Source of the DNA: a virus
DNA length: 61,940 nucleotides
Reading direction: 5' to 3' (one strand)
Virus record (IMG/VR): IMGVR_UViG_3300027645_000001
Coordinates: 1-61,940 of that record
Positions 24,006-33,969 of this stretch are shown here, one piece after another; positions within the stretch are counted from its first letter, which is position 1; every line of letters begins with the position of its first letter. A model generated the notes under the pieces. It saw only the letters and a program-made list of their open reading frames with translations. It ran no database searches and was not told the DNA's origin. The translations under genes and the position numbers were made by a program.

Positions 24006-24157
24006 GCACCAAGCAATCTAAGCCTCGCATCTGGCACCGACACCGCTGCTGGTTCTGCACTGTTCTAGGTGATCGGCAATGCTACGTCGGCAAGGGTAGT
24101 TCCCCGGAATGCGCCTACATGGCCTGGGTACTCGATGTATGGCTTCGCCAGCAATGA
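24002..24157 (+). CDS. Small Trp/Cys-rich protein, 51 aa (paralog B; below the track cutoff)
   Basis: My translation: VSTKQSKPRIWHRHRCWFCTVLGDRQCYVGKGSSPECAYMAWVLDVWLRQQ. It aligns with 23668..23832. Confidence 0.45.
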   Translation: MSTKQSKPRIWHRHRCWFCTVLGDRQCYVGKGSSPECAYMAWVLDVWLRQQ

Positions 24158-24870
24158 GCACTAAACAAACCCTCGACGAAATCTTCGCCAAGGCGGGCGT
24201 CGCGCGCACGATCCTGCCAGAGCATAAGCCCAAAACGACGCGCTTCGTGATCGGAAAGCTTAAGGCCATGAAGTTCGCGCAGCTCCTCGTGAGCCACAAC
24301 TTCAGCCCGAGCAAGGCGTATGCCGAGTTCAAGAACATCCCGAACGCTCGCACGGGCAGCGCCTACAAGTGGGCATCCGCGTGGTCGCAGAATGAGACCG
24401 TGCAGCGCTTCGTGCGCCAGATCCTGGAAGATGCGATCACCGAGGCCAAGGAGTTCACGCGAAACGATCTGGCCGAGATGCTCGCGCTCAATCGCCTGCT
24501 GATCTATGGGGACATCACGAGGCTCCTTTACGAACGCCGCGAGTTCTCCGAGGATGGCAAAACCTTCCGCACCCGCGTACTTTTACGACCGCTCTCGGAA
24601 TTGACGCATGCCGAGCGCATGCTGGTGAGGAAAATCCGCTTCAAGGACGGTGAGGTGATCGGTATCGAGGGCTATGACCGCCTGGATGCCCAGCGCACGC
24701 AGCTGGCGCTCCTGACCGCGATTCACGCAAGCGGCACCTCCGACAGCGACTTCAACCACGAGTTGCAGCGCCGCATCAGCCAGGCGCGCGATAGGCGCCT
24801 CGAGCTCGAGCAGGCCGCGATCGCGCAGGGTAAACTGGTGCGCCTACCGAGCGCGAAAGGTTCCACGTGA
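24154..24870 (+). CDS. terS: Terminase small subunit
   Basis: Trimmed to MSTKQTLDEIF (ATGA overlap). Terminase_2-like pattern FSPSKAYAEF...SAYKWASAWSQNETVQRFVRQIL, plus C-terminal ...IEGYDRLDAQRTQLALL. Confidence 0.7.
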   Translation: MSTKQTLDEIFAKAGVARTILPEHKPKTTRFVIGKLKAMKFAQLLVSHNFSPSKAYAEFKNIPNARTGSAYKWASAWSQNETVQRFVRQILEDAITEAKEFTRNDLAEMLALNRLLIYGDITRLLYERREFSEDGKTFRTRVLLRPLSELTHAERMLVRKIRFKDGEVIGIEGYDRLDAQRTQLALLTAIHASGTSDSDFNHELQRRISQARDRRLELEQAAIAQGKLVRLPSAKGST

Positions 24871-24893
24871 AACTTTTAGGGAGGATGATCGAA

Positions 24894-25370
24894 ATGGCAA
24901 AGACAAAGCTCAGGCGTCAGTCCATCAAGTCCAAAGCCCTAGCGATCTTCCGCAAGCCCGCGCCATCGGTGCGCATGTCAAAGGCTGTGACCGCCTACGT
25001 CGAGGACGAGATTAGACGCCAGGTTGCAGTCGCGCTCATGGATGCGCGTGAGAGCCTGATCGATCTTGCCGAGCAAAAGGCCGACGAGATTCGGCAGAAT
25101 GTGACCATGCACACGAGTTCGCTCTCCGGCCGCATCGATCGGCTCGAGGGCGTCAAGACGTTCCCGAACCAGGTGGTACGCCACGGCGCTGCTCCCGACG
25201 AGGCAGGCCAGCGCGGGGAGATTGAGTTGCACCGCCGGCAGTCAGCGCCCGGGGTGGTGGTCGAATCACTGGCGCCTCCGATGAACATGAAGGACGCGCC
25301 GTTGCCCTCCACGTTGCACAAGGAGGCGCGCGTTGCGACCGCAGACGACTTAGGAGTGGCCAATGGCTGA
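24894..25370 (+). CDS. Hypothetical protein, 158 aa
   Basis: GGAGG lies 9 nt before ATG 24894. The track ORF opens at GTG 24867. Confidence 0.55.
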   Translation: MAKTKLRRQSIKSKALAIFRKPAPSVRMSKAVTAYVEDEIRRQVAVALMDARESLIDLAEQKADEIRQNVTMHTSSLSGRIDRLEGVKTFPNQVVRHGAAPDEAGQRGEIELHRRQSAPGVVVESLAPPMNMKDAPLPSTLHKEARVATADDLGVANG

Positions 25371-25641
25371 CGAGAGCTTCGCCGGCCACCCGCGATCACT
25401 GGGAGAAGCGCGTGCGGACAAGCTTGAGGATGGCGATGCCTGGAAGCCGCGCGACGCCTTGATTCAACTGCTCAGAGCGATCGATGCCAAGGAGATCGAT
25501 GTCGAGCTTTTGATTCTTTGCTACGGTCACCGCATGCCCAACGGCAAGAAGACAGTTGGATTTCGAGCCGCGTCCGCTGGTGACGGCCTACAGATCATCG
25601 GACTGCTGGAGTTGGTCAAAGCCAAGTACATGGAGCCATGA
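25363..25641 (+). CDS. Hypothetical protein, 92 aa
   Basis: AGGAG lies 6 nt upstream. Confidence 0.6.
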   Translation: MADESFAGHPRSLGEARADKLEDGDAWKPRDALIQLLRAIDAKEIDVELLILCYGHRMPNGKKTVGFRAASAGDGLQIIGLLELVKAKYMEP

Positions 25642-25973
25642 GCGCGATCAGGATTGCCAATCTCATCGCGCTGCCTGGCGCGCTCGTGCAGTGTCCGCAG
25701 TGTTCGGCCCAAATCGGCACGCTGACCAAACCCTGGTATCAGGAACAAAACCCCGGGCTCGATACGATCCGCTTCGAACGCGGTCAATACCCCAAGAACA
25801 TGAAGGCTCAGTGCCGCGGCTGCGGGGCGAGCTACGCGGAAGTCGACACGCTGGTCAGAGATGGGGAGGCCCGCAGCCTTAAAATGCTGCTATTCGTCAA
25901 CGGCCAGTGGTTGCCGAGACCGCCGCCGAACGTGCCCGAGCCGCCCAGGCTGCCGATCAGGGATGCGGTCTAA
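25638..25973 (+). CDS. Zinc-ribbon protein, 111 aa
   Basis: Motif CPQC...CRGCG; ATGA overlap. Confidence 0.6.
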   Translation: MSAIRIANLIALPGALVQCPQCSAQIGTLTKPWYQEQNPGLDTIRFERGQYPKNMKAQCRGCGASYAEVDTLVRDGEARSLKMLLFVNGQWLPRPPPNVPEPPRLPIRDAV

Positions 25974-26023
25974 AAAGGACACCATCTTGCGCCGCAGAAC
26001 GGCTGCGTTACCCTTCGCTCGAT

Positions 26024-26401
26024 ATGGCACTCACCCACACGGTTTCACTGCGCAATGCCATCGCGAATCTCGTAGCCCAGTCGGTGGATGCCGGTAGCGT
26101 GAACCCCAACGGTCGGCTCGTGATCTTCGATGCCGGCAACAACGTGATCTCGACGTATCAGTTGCAAAACCCCTCATTCGGCGCCGCGGTCAATGGAACA
26201 ATCATCGCTAACGCCCCGCAGAACGATCTGGCGCCAGTAGCGGGGAGGGATCCGGCGCGCTTCGAAGTCCAGGATTGCAACGGAGCCTGGGTATTTCGCG
26301 GCAGCTGCGGGCCTTCTGGGGATCTGGGCTCGCCCTTTGGGCCGATTATCAGTACCCAGACCGGCACGTGCACCGAGCTGGTCTATAACGCTCCTTTATG
26401 A
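26024..26401 (+). CDS. Hypothetical protein, 125 aa
   Basis: Trimmed from 25907..26401 to MALTHTVSLRN. Confidence 0.5.
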   Translation: MALTHTVSLRNAIANLVAQSVDAGSVNPNGRLVIFDAGNNVISTYQLQNPSFGAAVNGTIIANAPQNDLAPVAGRDPARFEVQDCNGAWVFRGSCGPSGDLGSPFGPIISTQTGTCTELVYNAPL

Positions 26402-28083
26402 AAAGTCTACGTTGGTTGCCCGCTCTGCTGTTCTCGCTAGTCGTCGGCCTCAACCTCGCCTACGGGCAGATTGCCTTTACGCCCCAGCTCGTGATGTGCA
26501 ATACGTCCACGAGCTTGCCGTGCGTCACGACTTCGAACGTTGGCACCGGTACGAGCGGGGACGACTCCTGGCTCGCCTTCGGCAAAGACAATGCGAATAT
26601 CCTGGCCGTCCAGGCCGCCTTGAACCAAGCGGTCGCGCAGACCGGGGGTGTCATCGGCAGCGCGTACACCTGGAACGGCAGCCCCGTGATGCCGGCCTAC
26701 GGCGGCAACGGTGCGACTGGTAATCTAACTGGGTTAATGGAAGGCAACGGCCTGCTGCCCTTCGGCCCTGCGCAATATTTCGATGTCACCGTTTTGTGGC
26801 AGGGCTGCTCGGCCCTAAATCCGGTTCTGCTTTACGACGGCTCCTGCGGCCCTGCTGGTGGCAGCAGCGGTGGAAGTAGCAGTAGTTCGTCGAGCAGCAG
26901 TAGTTCATCGAGCGGTAGTAGCAGTTCAAGCGGGAGTAGTTCGTCAAGCGGAAGTAGCTCATCGAGCAGCAGTAGCGGTGGCACGACGCTTTTGGCCTAT
27001 CTCAATAGCCTGCGCGGATCTGGCACGATCCTTTCCGGTCAATGGGCGGATCATTTCGCACCGACCTGCGGTGGCACTTATGGTTGCTGGTTCGACCAGT
27101 TCCTGCCGGCAAGCGGCGCCACGGCCGCCAATGTCACGATCAACGATCACAGTTCGGGAGACACTGGCCTCGCGCCGGCTATCCTTGCCATACAGATGCC
27201 AACCGGCATTGGTGCCTGCGGCGCCGGTCCTACCACGGCTCAATTTCTGGCCGCGGTCAACGGCTACCTGGCCGCCGGCGGCATCGTCGCTATCTCGTCG
27301 GACCAGCCCAGCCCGACCCAGCAACCGGCCTGCAGCTGGAACGGCAATCACACCGAGTTCCTATCATCGAATTCAGTCGTTACGCCGGGGAGCGCGGCCT
27401 ATAACACCTACATGTACGGCTACGGCTGCACATCCGGGAGTCCCTGCGGCGGTATTTGGGCAGTGGCGCAGAACCTGCTCAGCATCCAGTCCTCCTCGCC
27501 GAACAAGAAGGTTCTGTTCAGGACGATGCACGAGTCCAATCTGTGTCAGTCCAATTTCCAATGGTGGGGCAGCTGCGGCCTGGGCACAGGGGGCACCGGC
27601 TCAGCAACGAACGCGAATGTCGTCGCCCTGTTCAGGCAGACGATCACCTACATACGCTCGCTTGGCGTGACGAACCTCGTCATTGCGTACAACTTCAATA
27701 ACTTTTCTGGCGCCTACAGCCAGAACGATCCAGGGTCGAGCTATCGTGACGTGATCTCCGGCGACTATTACGGTGGGACAACGCAGGCCGGTGTGAACAG
27801 CACACTATCGAACGGCTCGGCCGGATTCACCTACGCGCAAACCCTTGGCATTCCGGTATTGCTCGGCGAGGTCGGTGTCAAGAGCTCTAGCCCAGGCAGC
27901 GTGTCGACATTCACCTACAACAACAACATTTATAGTCAAGCTATACAGTCCGGGTCGGGAATATCGAATCTCGTGGGCGCCATGATCTGGAATCAGAATT
28001 ATTGCCTTGACTGCCAGCTGTCGGCGTTGAGCTACATGCAGAATACGATCACGCGCGGCCAATTGCCGAACCTCGTCAACTAA
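26398..28083 (+). CDS. Secreted clan GH-A glycoside hydrolase, GH26-like, with a poly-Ser linker (copy 2)
   Basis: Signal peptide MKSLRWLPALLFSLVVGLNLAYG/Q, a ~150-aa N-domain and a Ser/Gly linker. Catalytic motifs FRTMHESNLCQSNFQWWG, DVISGDYYGG and VLLGEVG. Confidence 0.7.
   Translation: MKSLRWLPALLFSLVVGLNLAYGQIAFTPQLVMCNTSTSLPCVTTSNVGTGTSGDDSWLAFGKDNANILAVQAALNQAVAQTGGVIGSAYTWNGSPVMPAYGGNGATGNLTGLMEGNGLLPFGPAQYFDVTVLWQGCSALNPVLLYDGSCGPAGGSSGGSSSSSSSSSSSSSGSSSSSGSSSSSGSSSSSSSSGGTTLLAYLNSLRGSGTILSGQWADHFAPTCGGTYGCWFDQFLPASGATAANVTINDHSSGDTGLAPAILAIQMPTGIGACGAGPTTAQFLAAVNGYLAAGGIVAISSDQPSPTQQPACSWNGNHTEFLSSNSVVTPGSAAYNTYMYGYGCTSGSPCGGIWAVAQNLLSIQSSSPNKKVLFRTMHESNLCQSNFQWWGSCGLGTGGTGSATNANVVALFRQTITYIRSLGVTNLVIAYNFNNFSGAYSQNDPGSSYRDVISGDYYGGTTQAGVNSTLSNGSAGFTYAQTLGIPVLLGEVGVKSSSPGSVSTFTYNNNIYSQAIQSGSGISNLVGAMIWNQNYCLDCQLSALSYMQNTITRGQLPNLVN
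26863..26976 (+). repeat. Ser/Gly low-complexity linker
   Basis: Translation: SSGGSSSSSSSSSSSSSGSSSSSGSSSSSGSSSSSSSS. Confidence 0.9.
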
Positions 28084-28100
28084 AGGGGAGATGAGACGAA

Positions 28101-28409
28101 ATGGCCAGATGGCCTGCAGATTCGAGTTCGATCACTGCCGACAGTTCGATCACCGTCGATGTTCGCCCGAGCACTGTCTATAACTTTGCAGGCGTGTTGC
28201 GCGCACAGCCTTCGGAGCTCGCCGGTTCGGTGGATTTTGAATTTCCGCCGCAACGGATAATCCCCGCTCCACGCGTGCGCGGGCGCTCCATTACCTGGCA
28301 GCAGGCGATCCAGATGGCCGAGGGCTCGGACTATCAGCGCGTACAGTGGTATCCCGTTTATCAGTTTGGCGGTGGTCTGGTGCAGCGGATCTTTCTGGAG
28401 CAGGTATGA
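28101..28409 (+). CDS. Hypothetical protein, 102 aa
   Basis: GGGGAG upstream; track ORF. Confidence 0.6.
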   Translation: MARWPADSSSITADSSITVDVRPSTVYNFAGVLRAQPSELAGSVDFEFPPQRIIPAPRVRGRSITWQQAIQMAEGSDYQRVQWYPVYQFGGGLVQRIFLEQV

Positions 28410-28924
28410 CCGACACGGTCATCATCGATCGGCACGGGGACTTCAAGCGCGTGCCGGGTCACATCGCCAACATCGAATCGATGGCTGCGAGCGCGAACCT
28501 GATCAATCTGGTCAAGGGCGCGGGCGATACGCTTGAGCGGCACTACCCGCGCTGGCTGTGGCAACTGCGGCCCGATGAGCACGGCGGCATCATCGATATC
28601 TTCTCGCTTCGCATCAGCGCCCGCCTGGCCTATACGCTCCACATCCCCACGGTGCAGGAGGATGAGGATTTTTTGTGCGTCGTGCGCGCGGGCGGGGAGA
28701 TCCTCGAGCGTTTTGGTTTCAGGCGTGGGCCCTACAGTTATCAGGAATGGCGTCGGCGCGAGATGGTGCTCGGCCAGTTCATTCCCGACGTGTCGGATTT
28801 GCCGCCTGGCATGCGCCGCGTGATGCGCACCGAGCATTTGCGCGCCGCAATGCGAACAGGACACGCGCGTGTCGCGGTCAACGAGAGCATCGGCACGGCA
28901 CTTAAAGCCGCGGGACGTATGTAA
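28406..28924 (+). CDS. Hypothetical protein, 172 aa
   Basis: ATGA overlap; trimmed from 28346..28924. Confidence 0.6.
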   Translation: MTDTVIIDRHGDFKRVPGHIANIESMAASANLINLVKGAGDTLERHYPRWLWQLRPDEHGGIIDIFSLRISARLAYTLHIPTVQEDEDFLCVVRAGGEILERFGFRRGPYSYQEWRRREMVLGQFIPDVSDLPPGMRRVMRTEHLRAAMRTGHARVAVNESIGTALKAAGRM

Positions 28925-28926
28925 TT

Positions 28927-31227
28927 GTGAGCGGCATGAATTCTCAGCCGCCCGTACTCGGCAACAACATGGGCGGCATCCTCGCCGGCGGTCCTGCCAC
29001 CGAGACGCCGGCGCCGGAGAAAAGCGAGGACGAGTGGATCACCAGGGCGCGCACCGCCTGGCAGCAGAGCACCTACTGGTTCAACGCGAGCGTGCGTACC
29101 CAGATCAGGAAGAACATTTCCAACTTTCGCTCGCTGCACCCGGAAGGCTCCAAGTACCGCCATGAGTCATTCAGGGCCCGCTCGCGTACCTTTCGGCCCA
29201 AGACGCGCGCATTGGGCCGGCGCATCGAAGCGGCCGTCGCGGTAGCTCTTTTCGCCACGTCCGACCTGATCAGTGTTACCCCATGGAATCAAAACAATCC
29301 GCAGGACGTCGCGCGAGCGAAGATCAAGCAGAAGCTCATCCAGTACCGCCTCGAGCAGGACGACACTTGGTGGTTCCTCACGTGTCTGGGCGCCGCCCAG
29401 GACTGCTTCGTCGCCGGCATCGTCATCTCGCACCAATACTGGAAATACGTCGAGGTGCAGGACGAGCGTTTCAATATCTACCGGCTCGATCACCAGGATA
29501 CGACCACCAGCTTTGATATTCGTAAGGACGTCAACCAGATCATCGTCGAGAACCGCCCCGTGGTGGATCTGGTGCCGGTGGAGCGCTTTCGCTTCGATGC
29601 CGCGTGCGACTGGAGGAATCCCGCAAGATCCAGCCCCTTCCTGATTTTTGAGTGCCCGACCTATGTCGGCGACGTCAAGATCATGGTCGAGCATGGTATT
29701 GCGGATGCCATAGACCCGAGCCATTTCGATGACACCTACTGGTGGGCGATCGCAAGCGACGACTACGATTCGATCAGAGCTGCGCGCGAGGGCGCACGCA
29801 TCGACAAGTATTCGGAGAAAAAAGGCATCGCGGATGCGCAGACCGTGTCGGTGCGCAAGCACATCCATCGCATCGATGGGCGCGACTGGTATTGGGAGAC
29901 GCTTTCGGACATCGTCATGCTGCGAAGCCCGCAGCTCCTCGTCGATGTCTATCCGCACCTGAAGGACGGTGATCGCCCCTTTGTCGTCGGCATGATGGTG
30001 CTCGAGACGCACAAGGTTTACCCGTCCGCCCCGACGCAGCTGATCGAGACGTTGCAGGAGGAGATCAACGATATCTCGAACCTCACCCAGGACGCGGTGA
30101 AAATGTCCACGTTCGGCCGCTGGCAGGTGCGCCGCAACTCGACGGTGGATGTGGCCACACTTAAGGCCGGCGTACCGCAGAGCGTGATCGCTGTGGATAA
30201 GATCGGCGAGGACGTGGGCGAGCTGCGCATGCACGAGCCGCCGCAAACCAGCTTCCTGCAGCTCGATCGCCTGCAGGTCGATATGGACGATGTCAGTGGC
30301 GGCATGACCCAGGCGACCGCGGCCTCGAACAAAGCGCTCAACCAGGATCAGACGCTGGGCGGTATGAACTTGCTCGAGGGTCAGTCGGGTCAGATCCGCG
30401 AGCTCGAGATGCGTGTATTTGTCAAAACCTGGGCCGAGCCCGTGCTGCAGCAAGTGCATGACATGATCGCCACTTACGAGTCCGACGAGGAGATCCTTGG
30501 GGACGTCGCCGGGGGCGCCGGCGTCACGGTGCAGAACGTGCTCGATGCCTTGAAGGCTCGCACGCGCGTGCGCATCAACGTCGGCTTCAATGCGACGACG
30601 CCTGAGAAGCGCATCGGCCGCTTGGCGCTCGCGCTGGGCACGTTCATCAAGCTATTCCCGAATGCCGGCCAACAGGCTGCTCAAGGCGAGGTGCAGAAGG
30701 AAATCTTTGGCGCCGTGGGCTTTGATGACGGGGAGCGCTTCTTCCCCAATCCGTCCAAGGTGGACCCCGAAGTTCTCTCGCTGCGCCAGCAGGTGCAGCA
30801 GCTCACGGTGCAGCTGCAGGGCAAGATGTATCACGATCAGACGTTGAAGGACGTGGCCACCATTCGCGCCACCGCGGCTGAGCGCGTCGCCTACATCAAT
30901 GGCCAGGTCGCCTGGGGCATCGCCGAGATGGCGAACAAGATCGTCACCGACAAGGCCTATCTGGAGTCGATCGACCGGCAGCTGGCCAGCGCCGATCAAA
31001 ATCTGCACACCGAGGAGCTGCAACTCGAGCGCACCGCGCTCGCGCATTCGATCGACCAGGACGAGCGCGATTTCGCGTTGAAGATGCACGAGGCGATTCA
31101 CGGCAAGGCGCCTCCGCGCCAACTTCCTGGTGCCAATGGTCCGCCAGCGCTGCGCGTGCAGGGCGGGGATAAAGCCGGTACGCTCGCGCGCGGGGATTAC
31201 GGTCAAATCCCTTTCATGGAAGGTTGA
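28927..31227 (+). CDS. Portal protein
   Basis: About 765 aa, immediately upstream of the scaffold-like and capsid genes. The start could be ATG 28936. No sequence motif was verified. Confidence 0.7.
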   Translation: MSGMNSQPPVLGNNMGGILAGGPATETPAPEKSEDEWITRARTAWQQSTYWFNASVRTQIRKNISNFRSLHPEGSKYRHESFRARSRTFRPKTRALGRRIEAAVAVALFATSDLISVTPWNQNNPQDVARAKIKQKLIQYRLEQDDTWWFLTCLGAAQDCFVAGIVISHQYWKYVEVQDERFNIYRLDHQDTTTSFDIRKDVNQIIVENRPVVDLVPVERFRFDAACDWRNPARSSPFLIFECPTYVGDVKIMVEHGIADAIDPSHFDDTYWWAIASDDYDSIRAAREGARIDKYSEKKGIADAQTVSVRKHIHRIDGRDWYWETLSDIVMLRSPQLLVDVYPHLKDGDRPFVVGMMVLETHKVYPSAPTQLIETLQEEINDISNLTQDAVKMSTFGRWQVRRNSTVDVATLKAGVPQSVIAVDKIGEDVGELRMHEPPQTSFLQLDRLQVDMDDVSGGMTQATAASNKALNQDQTLGGMNLLEGQSGQIRELEMRVFVKTWAEPVLQQVHDMIATYESDEEILGDVAGGAGVTVQNVLDALKARTRVRINVGFNATTPEKRIGRLALALGTFIKLFPNAGQQAAQGEVQKEIFGAVGFDDGERFFPNPSKVDPEVLSLRQQVQQLTVQLQGKMYHDQTLKDVATIRATAAERVAYINGQVAWGIAEMANKIVTDKAYLESIDRQLASADQNLHTEELQLERTALAHSIDQDERDFALKMHEAIHGKAPPRQLPGANGPPALRVQGGDKAGTLARGDYGQIPFMEG

Positions 31228-31230
31228 CGC

Positions 31231-31617
31231 TTGGCAGACGGGGAGCCGCAAGAGGACCTGACGGAATACGAGCGGCTCGAGCGCGAGCTGCGCGCATCCC
31301 CTGGTCTGGTCGACACCCTCGTCGAGCCGATCACCGCTGGTATCGAGATGACCTCCTTCGCGGCGACGCGCCCGGGCAAGATTCTGATCGGCGAGGCGCT
31401 GGAAGCAGCGCGTGAGTGCTTGCTCGTCATCCTGGACACGAACAGCACGCCGCAGCAGATGGAGACCGCCATCGCCGAGATCAGGATTCGGCACCGCATG
31501 CTCAACAGCATCAAGAACACGATGGTGAACGGACGCAACGCCGAGCGTAAGCTACGCCTCCTCGAGAGTCCCGAGCCGCAAGGCAACGATGAATCCCAGC
31601 CGGAGACCGATCTATGA
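31231..31617 (+). CDS. Hypothetical head-module protein, 128 aa
   Basis: Track ORF; TTG start. Confidence 0.5.
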   Translation: MADGEPQEDLTEYERLERELRASPGLVDTLVEPITAGIEMTSFAATRPGKILIGEALEAARECLLVILDTNSTPQQMETAIAEIRIRHRMLNSIKNTMVNGRNAERKLRLLESPEPQGNDESQPETDL

Positions 31618-32858
31618 ACGCACCCGAGCCAGTACAGATGACCGTTGAACAACGCCGCGCCGTGCTCGAAGCGGAAGCCTCCGGCAACAGCGTGCTGCCT
31701 GATGCCGCGCCGGCGCGTCCCGATGCACCGCACGCCGGCGCACCCGCAGAGCCGCAAGCGCCTCCGCAGCCCTCGCGCGGGGATCAGCAGCGCGCCGCGA
31801 TTGCCGAGAAATTCGCAGCCGCGCGTAATCAGAACCAGGATGACTCCGAAGCCTCAATGCAGACCGGCGTGCGTGCGATGCTCGCCGAAACAGAAGGGCG
31901 GCCGATGAATCTGGAAGGCGCCCCGCAGCCGCAGGCGCCGCAGCCGGCCGCTGCCGCGCGCGCGCCAGCCGCTGCGAGCCCACCCCTTGCAAATGAGCCC
32001 GAGATGGTTACTCTCGTCGTCGACGGTCGTGAGATGGCAGTTTCCGCGGCCGAAGTGTGGCGCCAGGGCATGGCGGCGGCTCAGAAGCTGGGCGCTGCGG
32101 ACTTCAGGCTCGAGCGCGCCGCAACGGCCGAGCGACAGATTCTCCTGGAACGCCAGGCGCTCGATCAGAGAGCTGCAGAGATTGAACGGTTACTGGCCGC
32201 TACCCCCACGGGCGTGGCCCCGGCTCCGACGAGTGGGACGCTACCCACGGGCGCTCAGCCCACTCACGGTGCCATGAAGAAAGCGCTCGATGCGCTGTTA
32301 GACAGTGACGTTGATGGAGCGGCAACAGCCTTCGATCAGGCAGTCACGGAAAGGTTTGAGGCAAGGATGCGAGCGGCGGCGCCGGCAGCGGCAGCACCGA
32401 GCGCACCAGCAGCGAGCGCTGTACAGCCCTTAAGCCCGTGGGATGCAAACGATATCCAGCGCGCGAACGATGTGTTCAACACCGCGTTCCCTGAAGTCGC
32501 CTACCACCCGCAGGTCATGGGACACGCGATGGCTCGCATGCAGCAGGAGATGGCGAACCCGGTCAACATCAATGGTCGGGTCAGTCTGGAGATCATCGCG
32601 GCCAAGATAGGGCGCGAGTTCATCCCGATGGCATTGTCGATGCCAGCCCCGCAGCCAAATCCGCAGCCCCCGCCTCAACCCGCGCCCAGTAACGTGGACG
32701 AGCTCGCCGCTCGCCGCATGCTGGCCGCTCGAGTCCCCGGAGTGCCCCCTTCTTCCACGACTCGATCCGTGCAGCCTAATCCCGGTGCCCCGCCGCCCCC
32801 TTCCAGGTCCGACATTGTGAAACAAATGCGCGTGGCGCGCGGCCAGTCTACGGCGTGA
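31614..32858 (+). CDS. Scaffolding-like protein
   Basis: Ala/Pro/Gln-rich helical protein between the portal and major capsid genes; ATGA overlap. Confidence 0.55.
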   Translation: MNAPEPVQMTVEQRRAVLEAEASGNSVLPDAAPARPDAPHAGAPAEPQAPPQPSRGDQQRAAIAEKFAAARNQNQDDSEASMQTGVRAMLAETEGRPMNLEGAPQPQAPQPAAAARAPAAASPPLANEPEMVTLVVDGREMAVSAAEVWRQGMAAAQKLGAADFRLERAATAERQILLERQALDQRAAEIERLLAATPTGVAPAPTSGTLPTGAQPTHGAMKKALDALLDSDVDGAATAFDQAVTERFEARMRAAAPAAAAPSAPAASAVQPLSPWDANDIQRANDVFNTAFPEVAYHPQVMGHAMARMQQEMANPVNINGRVSLEIIAAKIGREFIPMALSMPAPQPNPQPPPQPAPSNVDELAARRMLAARVPGVPPSSTTRSVQPNPGAPPPPSRSDIVKQMRVARGQSTA

Positions 32859-32896
32859 AACCGATCTGACCGCCCCTCGCTCGAGGAGACGGTCAG

Positions 32897-33892
32897 ATGC
32901 CAGGTCAAGTTTGGGGAGTTGCCGCAGACGGCGGTTACATGTATTCGGACGAGTTGAGCATGCTCATGCGCAACTCGGTGCAGCCCGCGGTACGCTTTCG
33001 GCAGTTCTGTGACGCCAAGGACGCTACCGACAAGGGCCTTGGCAAAGGCCAGCAGTTCAACTGGAACGTCTACACCGACGTCCAGACCGGCGGCGGCCAG
33101 CTCCTCGAGTCCTCGCCGATGCCCACCACGGGCTTTACGATCGTGCAGCAGTCGCTCACGGTCACTGAGTACGGCAACTCGGTGCCCTACACCGGTAAGC
33201 TCGATAACCTCTCCAAGCAGCCGGTTGCTGAGATCATCGACAAGGCGCTCAAGAACGATGCTACCAAGACCTTCGACGGCGCGGCCAATGCGCAGTTTCG
33301 CGCAAGCTCGCTCAAAGCAGCTCCCACCGGCGGCAACTCCGCGACTTCGATCACGGTGGTGCAGTCGGGCTCGATCGGCATCGCCAATGCGCTGGCGCTC
33401 AACCACGCGCACGTCAAGGCCATCGGCGATGTGATGAAGGAGCGCAACATCCCGGCGTATGTCGGCAACGACTACATCGCGATCGCGTGGCCGACTACTT
33501 TCCGGCAGGTCAAGAACGATCTGGAGTCGATCATCCAGTACGTGGGCGAGGGTTTCCGTTTGATTTTAAACGGAGAAATAGGCCGGTACGAGGGCTTCCG
33601 GTTCATCGAGCAGACCAATATCGCCAAGGGCGGCGCCGAGAATGCGGTCAACTGGACGTTCCGTAACCCGGTAGCCTGGACGGGCGGCGCGTCCGACTGG
33701 GTTCACTTCTTCGGCGAGGACACGGTCGCCGAGGCCGTGGTCATCCCCGAGGAAATCCGCGGCAAGATCCCGGTGGACTTCGGCCGCGATCGCGCAGTCG
33801 CCTGGTACTACCTCGGAGGGTTCGGCCTTGTGCATTCCTCGTCGGGCAATCTCGCGAATCTTCGCGTTCTGTCCTGGTGGAGCACGACCTAA
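32897..33892 (+). CDS. Major capsid protein (HK97 fold; resembles the N4-gp56 family as I recall it)
   Basis: 331 aa, GGAGA RBS, located after the scaffold. Pattern ...LTVTEYGNSVPYTGKLDNLS...IGRYEGFRFIEQTN.... Confidence 0.75.
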   Translation: MPGQVWGVAADGGYMYSDELSMLMRNSVQPAVRFRQFCDAKDATDKGLGKGQQFNWNVYTDVQTGGGQLLESSPMPTTGFTIVQQSLTVTEYGNSVPYTGKLDNLSKQPVAEIIDKALKNDATKTFDGAANAQFRASSLKAAPTGGNSATSITVVQSGSIGIANALALNHAHVKAIGDVMKERNIPAYVGNDYIAIAWPTTFRQVKNDLESIIQYVGEGFRLILNGEIGRYEGFRFIEQTNIAKGGAENAVNWTFRNPVAWTGGASDWVHFFGEDTVAEAVVIPEEIRGKIPVDFGRDRAVAWYYLGGFGLVHSSSGNLANLRVLSWWSTT

Positions 33893-33969
33893 GAGCATTT
33901 TTCATTTAACTTCGGGACGCCAGCCAGCCCTAGCGGTAATGGGGCCAACCCCGTAAGGAGACTTTGACG

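Noticed and set aside
29167-30459. 430-aa antisense ORF inside the portal gene. Similar long shadow ORFs occur at 30652..31494, 35524..36231, 47607..48467, 55002..55826 and 56478..57218.
   Set aside because: These are typical GC-rich shadow frames. Their products are Arg/His/Leu/Gly-rich, they have no RBS, and each is fully nested opposite a well-supported gene.
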